DNA of 64,000 nucleotides from a virus (taxonomy: Duplodnaviria > Caudoviricetes). Shown piece by piece: positions 58,768 through 64,000 of the stretch. The notes below the pieces were generated by a model. That model was given only the letters and a program-made list of their open reading frames with translations, searched no databases and was not told the origin of the DNA. Positions within the stretch are counted from its first letter, which is position 1. Each line of letters opens with the position of its first letter. The position numbers were made by a program, and so were the translations under genes. Location of the stretch: the IMG/VR virus record IMGVR_UViG_2744054517_000003, positions 1 to 64,000 of that record. One strand, given 5' to 3'.

Positions 58768-58814
58768 TACCTCCCCTTTGTTCTCAAAATCATTTTATCC
58801 TAGCCTACATTAAT

Positions 58815-59183
58815 ATGGCAAATGAAAAACCGATCCAAAAAGACATAGCGTATTACATGGCGCTCCCGTATACAATTCAGATTAAGCATATGAACGACGA
58901 AAGCGGAAGCTACCACTTAGCTACAGTCGCGGAGCTGGAAGGTTGCAAGAGCCATGGCGACACGCCAGAAGAAGCCCTGAAAATGGTCAGAGAAGCTATG
59001 GAGGGTTACCTTGAGGTAAAGCTTGAGTTTGGCGATGAGATACCGGAACCAGTAAATGAGGAACAATTTAGTGGCAAATGGTTGCAACGTGCTCCAAAGT
59101 CCCTGCATAAGCATTTGATGGAGCGTGCAGCAGCAGAAGGCATATCCTTCAACCAATATTGCTTATACAAACTGAGTAAGTAA
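58815..59183 (+). CDS. hicB: HicB antitoxin
   Basis: YYMALPY, ELEGC.SHGDTPEEAL, FSGK...R.PKSLH..L...A..EGIS.NQY. Confidence 0.9.
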   Translation: MANEKPIQKDIAYYMALPYTIQIKHMNDESGSYHLATVAELEGCKSHGDTPEEALKMVREAMEGYLEVKLEFGDEIPEPVNEEQFSGKWLQRAPKSLHKHLMERAAAEGISFNQYCLYKLSK

Positions 59184-59331
59184 CGTATGTTTGAGACTCC
59201 TCTATACTAGGAGGTAAACTTATGGTAAAGGTAATTTGGTTTGTGATTATTACCATGTTGGTTAGTGCTGCTGCGTTAGCAGGGTTGATAACAGTAGTGG
59301 TTAAATTGATCCGTAAAAGAGAGGAATAACT

Positions 59332-59535
59332 ATGAAATACGGCCTACGTAAGCCCAGCCTAAACAAGCGTATAGCAGCTCGTACCAGCCTCAAACGGCAG
59401 ATTGTACACCGTGCAGGACTAAAGATGCCACGAGGCTGGGGATGGCTCAGAAACCCACGTAAGGCGGCATACAATAAGGTGTACAATCGCAGCACATTTG
59501 ATATATTTAAAGCGATTGGTAAATTGTTTAAGTAG
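59332..59535 (+). CDS. small basic phage protein
   Basis: MKYGLRKPSL.KRIAARTS...GWGWLRNPRKAAYNKVY. Confidence 0.7.
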   Translation: MKYGLRKPSLNKRIAARTSLKRQIVHRAGLKMPRGWGWLRNPRKAAYNKVYNRSTFDIFKAIGKLFK

Positions 59536-59547
59536 GAAGGTGCGGTT

Positions 59548-59748
59548 ATGGGACCTTATAATTTAGAGTTAACACCTTGGGAAATGCTCATATTGCGAGA
59601 CGATATGAAGGAACGTTTAAAATATAATCGCGGTTTCGTTCCCGAAGAACTGGCTATTTGGAGAAAAATAGAGGCATTGCATGAACAGTTAGAACGAGAT
59701 GAGGCAGATTATAAGAAAGTAGAATCAAAAGATACAAAATCAACATAA
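59548..59748 (+). CDS. small hypothetical protein
   Basis: 66-aa ORF, GGAAGG RBS. Confidence 0.5.
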   Translation: MGPYNLELTPWEMLILRDDMKERLKYNRGFVPEELAIWRKIEALHEQLERDEADYKKVESKDTKST

Positions 59749-59752
59749 GCTT

Positions 59753-59792
59753 AAAAAGCTCTGCCGACCAATTAAGGTTAGCAGAGCTTTTT
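59753..59792. terminator. bidirectional terminator of the repeated hairpin family
   Basis: AAAAAGCTCTGCCGACC-AATTAA-GGTTAGCAGAGCTTTTT between convergent genes. Confidence 0.8.
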
Positions 59793-59840
59793 AATGTGTG
59801 ACCAGCTGCTGTAGCTTGGACTATTTTAAAGTCATATATT

Positions 59841-60284
59841 TCAATTAGCATAATCGTAATAAATATAACCGTTACCCTTAATATAATGAGAACCAGAACC
59901 ATTAGAAACTTCTATGTATACTTTATAGGTTCCTGGATCAATTGTTTGGCTATATTTGTTTGAATAATCCTTATCTCCTTCAGAATCGAAATTTAATTTT
60001 TTCCAAGTGAAGACTTGACCGTCTTGTTCAAGTCGAATTTTCACATCACATGGAAAGTCCACGTTCGTAGTATCATCCAAGACAACTCCAAAGTGGACAT
60101 TTTTGACGGGTTTGTTGAATGTAACTTTGAATGTCTTTCCGCTTGACGTTTCTGCATAATCACTATCCCAAACAGCATATTGAAAATTATCACTAGTCTT
60201 TGCAAAACTTGATTGAGGTAAAAACAATACCAGTGCGCATGCGAGAACAAAGAATGTTGAACATAAAACACAGAATTTCTTCAT
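59841..60284 (-). CDS. secreted beta-rich protein
   Basis: signal peptide ending SFA; start at MKKF after AGGAGG. Confidence 0.6.
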   Translation of the reverse strand: MKKFCVLCSTFFVLACALVLFLPQSSFAKTSDNFQYAVWDSDYAETSSGKTFKVTFNKPVKNVHFGVVLDDTTNVDFPCDVKIRLEQDGQVFTWKKLNFDSEGDKDYSNKYSQTIDPGTYKVYIEVSNGSGSHYIKGNGYIYYDYAN

Positions 60285-60390
60285 AGTATAAAACCTCCTA
60301 GTAATATGGATTACATTCACCTTCATATTACTTTATTAGTAATGTCGAAGTATCTCGCATGTTGTAACAAAACAAAAAAAGACTCTCTAG

Positions 60391-60627
60391 TTACCCAGTA
60401 GAGTCTTTTACATCTACTCTAAATTCAAATTGATTCCGTATGTAATAAGCTCCGGCAATCTTGACCGATTCAGGCGAAAACTTTTCTATAGTGCCACCAT
60501 AGTCTACAACCGATATAAAATCCTCGCCTAACGACTGAACAACGTACACCTTTACCTGGCTTAATGCAGCTGCAAATAGTTCTATATCTGACTTTAACAC
60601 TTTATATGTATGGTTCATGCTGATCAC
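60391..60627 (-). CDS. 78-aa protein downstream of the receptor/peptide pair
   Basis: intact copy of the pseudogene at 791-1033. Confidence 0.75.
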   Translation of the reverse strand: MISMNHTYKVLKSDIELFAAALSQVKVYVVQSLGEDFISVVDYGGTIEKFSPESVKIAGAYYIRNQFEFRVDVKDSTG

Positions 60628-60711
60628 CTCAGATAGTTATTCTGCCGTATGTGTGGTAATTCCTGCACTAAAGAAAGCCCTACCAACCATAAGGTTGGCA
60701 GAGCTTTAGCT

Positions 60712-60834
60712 TTAAAATCCTCCAATGGTAACGTTAGGCTGAATACTATGGTGGTGGTTAAAGGCTTGATCCGGCACAGTAACAATCAACAAAAAGCTAG
60801 CCGCAATGATTAAAAGCACCATTTTTTTGAACAT
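60712..60834 (-). CDS. Alo/RRNPP-type secreted signalling pro-peptide (40 aa)
   Basis: MFKKMVLLIIAASFLLIVTVPDQAFNHHHSIQPNVTIGGF; overlaps receptor 3' end; hairpin follows. Confidence 0.8.
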   Translation of the reverse strand: MFKKMVLLIIAASFLLIVTVPDQAFNHHHSIQPNVTIGGF

Positions 60835-62212
60835 TGTTTTCCCACACCCTTTCAATAAGATTGAAATACTCAGCTTTAGTTTCAGGAACCGCATGGGCTT
60901 GAAAACGAACAAATAACCCCATACAGTTTATAAAGTAAGTTTCATTATTTATTATATGTGACTTTACCATTGCATTCATTAAATATTTAAAGCCATCACT
61001 GTACTTTCCTCGATGTAAATAATAAAAACCTAACTCGTAACCAAACCACGCGATATAATCCGGTATCACTTGTCGGGTATACATATCATCTGATGATGGT
61101 TGCTGTGAAAAAGTCCCGATTAGTTTTTCAAATCGTTTGAGTATATCGTCTACATTTATGCTGAACTGGTTTGCTGCGATTATAACATTCAACAGTTTTG
61201 AGAGCTTTTCATTCTCATTAGCGGCTGATGTTACAGCAATATATTCAACATATTCATTCAGTAGATTTGTTTCTCCTGACAACAATTTATATACGTAAGC
61301 ATTACCTTCTGCCCACTGACTGAACAAATTTACCCAGTGTCTTGTGTCCTCGTCGGTCTCTTTAACCCAGTCTAAATCCGCATAGGCGTATGTATATTGT
61401 AGAGCTTGCTGATAATCGCCCCGGGCTTCGCAAACACTTGCACACAATAGGTCAGCATAAGCAATGTATCCAAATAGCGGACCTCTTGTTCTCTTTTCAA
61501 TATCTCGTAACTCACGTTTTTCTTGGTGTTTTAAACTATACTGGATTTCCGCTTTAGCTCTCATTTGTCTTGCCATTTCGTCTACCTTGTCCCATTTACG
61601 CAAAGACCTGTATACATTAGCTAAGTCCTTCAATGCGTCAAGCTGGTCTATTTCATCTAGGCGTTCGACAAAGGCTTCAAAAACAGCTGCTGCCCTAACA
61701 TTTTGGCTTTGATCGTCTCCAATTTTGATTGTGAATATACGATATTGGCAGATTGCCAAACGTTCAGAATGTTGATATCTCTCCGCTTCAGCCACTCCCT
61801 CATAGAGCAGCAATGCAGCCTGATGTCGTCCCTGTGACAATAATCCTTCTGCAATTTCAAATAGCTTGGGTGAATACAGGAGATTGTCCATGATGGCTCC
61901 CACCACTCGACGGATCGCATCCAACCTGTCTAACTCCGCACAGCGAAACAAAAATGGCTCGATTCGCCTCATATTCGGGGGATGGTCGATGATGAAGTTT
62001 TCTATAAACAGATCGTAAAACTCCCCTTCTGGTAAACCCATAGCCTCAGTGATTCGGTCAAGCTGGTTAACTGACATAGACTTATTCCCTGTCACAATAG
62101 CACTTATTATCCCCCTATTCATGCCTGCAAGTTGTCCGAATTGCGCTAGGCTCAAACCTTTTTGTTGTATATATTTATCTAATTCTGCTCGAATCGTAGG
62201 TGTATGCTTCAT
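60797..62212 (-). CDS. HTH + TPR-like peptide-receptor regulator (AloR/AimR-like)
   Basis: paralogue of 1285-2664 with divergent C-terminal third; pro-peptide overlaps its end. Confidence 0.8.
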   Translation of the reverse strand: MKHTPTIRAELDKYIQQKGLSLAQFGQLAGMNRGIISAIVTGNKSMSVNQLDRITEAMGLPEGEFYDLFIENFIIDHPPNMRRIEPFLFRCAELDRLDAIRRVVGAIMDNLLYSPKLFEIAEGLLSQGRHQAALLLYEGVAEAERYQHSERLAICQYRIFTIKIGDDQSQNVRAAAVFEAFVERLDEIDQLDALKDLANVYRSLRKWDKVDEMARQMRAKAEIQYSLKHQEKRELRDIEKRTRGPLFGYIAYADLLCASVCEARGDYQQALQYTYAYADLDWVKETDEDTRHWVNLFSQWAEGNAYVYKLLSGETNLLNEYVEYIAVTSAANENEKLSKLLNVIIAANQFSINVDDILKRFEKLIGTFSQQPSSDDMYTRQVIPDYIAWFGYELGFYYLHRGKYSDGFKYLMNAMVKSHIINNETYFINCMGLFVRFQAHAVPETKAEYFNLIERVWENNVQKNGAFNHCG

Positions 62213-62486
62213 ATCATATCCACCCTTCATACAGAAATTCCAAAACTTATATATTATTGCATTCTATTGTTGTCCATAATTTAACAGTTGTCAATAAGTT
62301 TTGAATTTTTTGTCATTCGGATATTCAACTAAATTATTTTTTTGAATATTGTCGATTACTGTAAGACAAATAGTGCTACAATATCATTTTTCCATTTTGT
62401 TAATAGAAACACACAAATTATTCCTTTCTTTGTGTTATACTAACTCAGCAATGCAAATAAATCCCATTTTGAAAGGACGATTTTTA

Positions 62487-63095
62487 ATGAAGCTTAAAAA
62501 CACAGCAATCATTCTTACAGGTGTATTAGCTCTTACGGCAGTTGCTCCAATTGCAGCATCTGCCGAATCATCCACAGGACAAATTACACAAAATTCAAGT
62601 TCTAGTGTAACTCAAAAGAGTGCAGTTGAGGCAGTAAAACCTTATGTACAAGTTAAAGATGGAGTATTGTCCCTAAAAGAGGTTCCTGAAAGTATTTATA
62701 ACCAGTATAATTTATCAGATTTACAAAAGCATTTTGATGAATTAAATGAATTATCAAAATCAGGTAAAATTACTGTGAATAGCGATTTAAGCATAAAGGA
62801 CAATACCATCTCGCTTAATGCAGAATACGGATCTTGGACTTACCACTGGTGGGGATATGATCGGAAATTCACTGACTATCAAACTAAACAAGCGATAGAT
62901 TACTATAATACTGTGGCAGGTGGCGGCACACTCATTTCAGGGGCAACGGCTTGGTATCCTCCTGTTTCAGGTATCTCAGGATCAGTCGCAGGATACTTTG
63001 CATTGTTTGCAGCACGTATGAGCGCTAATAACAATGGTAACGGAGTTTATGTTTCTGTTTCATGGGCGGCAGTGTTTGATGTTGAACCTTTGTAA
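62487..63095 (+). CDS. secreted protein with hydrophobic Gly/Ala-rich C-terminus, bacteriocin-like
   Basis: AAAGGA RBS, signal peptide ASA; HWWGY...GGGTLISG...NNGNGVYVSVSW. Confidence 0.5.
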   Translation: MKLKNTAIILTGVLALTAVAPIAASAESSTGQITQNSSSSVTQKSAVEAVKPYVQVKDGVLSLKEVPESIYNQYNLSDLQKHFDELNELSKSGKITVNSDLSIKDNTISLNAEYGSWTYHWWGYDRKFTDYQTKQAIDYYNTVAGGGTLISGATAWYPPVSGISGSVAGYFALFAARMSANNNGNGVYVSVSWAAVFDVEPL

Positions 63096-63117
63096 TACGA
63101 CACAGTAAGGAGACTCT

Positions 63118-63282
63118 ATGACCAGTATTTTAGCTGTTTTAGTGATTATTTGGGGAATAAGTTATATGGCTGTCTACTACATTAAGAAGAAAAAAAATAC
63201 ACACGGGCAACCTGGTTATAAAATATTCTTTATGGTTATTCTTGTTATTTTAGCAATCGCTTTGGTTAGTTCATATTTATAA
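63118..63282 (+). CDS. small two-TM protein, possible immunity protein
   Basis: AAGGAG RBS; MTSILAVLVIIWGISYMAVYYIKKKKNTHGQPGYKIFFMVILVILAIALVSSYL. Confidence 0.55.
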   Translation: MTSILAVLVIIWGISYMAVYYIKKKKNTHGQPGYKIFFMVILVILAIALVSSYL

Positions 63283-63419
63283 TCAAACAATTTTATGATT
63301 TTTTATAGCCTTCCTTTAATGGAGGGCTTTTATATTACATACCAAATCTTATGGGTACATCCTATATGAGCAATGAGAAAAAGACTCCCCGCCGACCGAT
63401 TAAGGTTAGCGGAGAGTTT

Positions 63420-63866
63420 CTATTTCACGATAAATTCAACTTTTGTCCCATCTGCGTAGTCGTCTAACTTGTGACCTACCCACGATCCAGCTCCACGATT
63501 ATCCTTTGGACTTATGTACTTAATGTCTGCACCCTCTCCACCTTCGGAGCACATCGCCATAGGCCATTCATCGCGGTCCTTGCCCTTCTTGGTGGGCACA
63601 CCCTTTAGGGACAGCTCGCGATTATGGTCGGCTCCTTCACGGTCTATTGTGCATACTGGTGATTTTCCCGCCTGAATGGCTTCCTTGATGTGCTGGGCCG
63701 TTTCTGGGTACTTGGCTGACGGAAACTCCAGTTTGACCGTATCGGCAGATACCTGCGTTACCGGAACAGCTACTGGGTCGCTCTTAGTGGTCTTTACAAC
63801 GTCTTGTTGTACGCTGCAGCCAGCTAATAGGACTGTTATCAACACGGTAAATATCCATCTAAACAT
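63420..63866 (-). CDS. nucB: NucA/NucB-family DNase, lipoprotein
   Basis: lipobox LAGC; [41 protein letters not shown]. Confidence 0.9.
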   Translation of the reverse strand: MFRWIFTVLITVLLAGCSVQQDVVKTTKSDPVAVPVTQVSADTVKLEFPSAKYPETAQHIKEAIQAGKSPVCTIDREGADHNRELSLKGVPTKKGKDRDEWPMAMCSEGGEGADIKYISPKDNRGAGSWVGHKLDDYADGTKVEFIVK

Positions 63867-64000
63867 ATGTATTCCTCCCTAAACGTAAAAACACCCCACC
63901 AGCTTAGCTAGTAGGGTGGATATCAAAAAAATATTATATGCTAAGCTATAAATGGTTCGATGAACGTTTTCCACTTATCATATACCGATATGAGAGCTGG

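Larger units (their letters stand above)
54991..64000 (-). mobile_element. distal accessory end of a second prophage (continues beyond the window)
   Basis: ends at an att copy; yolD, hicAB and phage small proteins; shares receptor/peptide/78-aa module and hairpins with the distal end of the left prophage. Confidence 0.7.

Noticed and set aside
60835-60912. 66-aa version of the pro-peptide from the ORF track
   Set aside because: The extension lies within the receptor gene; the signal peptide begins at MFKKM (60834), matching the paralogous copy

Overview
Low-GC Firmicute DNA whose gene content suggests Paenibacillus (inference). The window is a tandem stack of three phage-related elements separated by two identical 47-bp copies of the 3' half of tRNA-Thr(CGT) (38421-38467, 54944-54990); no intact tRNA lies in the window. 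(1) 1-38420: a decaying PBSX/skin-like contractile-tailed prophage on the minus strand. Its integrase is a fragment, no replication module is visible, the portal has a nonsense codon and the XkdF protease is frameshifted, but most tail and lysis genes are open. Morons include a Septu-like ATPase+HNH pair, a protealysin-like protease and an Alo/RRNPP-type receptor with a broken peptide gene. (2) 38421-54990: an intact-looking 16.5-kb satellite-like element. It has an integrase, a repressor switch, rep genes with iterons, and its own scaffold, major capsid, frameshifting tail-assembly chaperone, short tape measure and TerS-like protein, but no portal, TerL, sheath, tube, baseplate or lysin. It also carries an array of about 8 degenerate bipartite promoter-like motifs, a structured non-coding region and two type I toxin-antitoxin modules. 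This is the best candidate for an undescribed system. (3) 54991-64000: the distal end of another prophage, with a kinase-less Agr-like operon (membrane sensor, AgrB, AgrD, stand-alone LytTR), SOS-boxed yolD, hicAB, a second Alo-type receptor/peptide pair, a bacteriocin-like pair and nucB. All family assignments come from motif recognition by eye; no searches were run.
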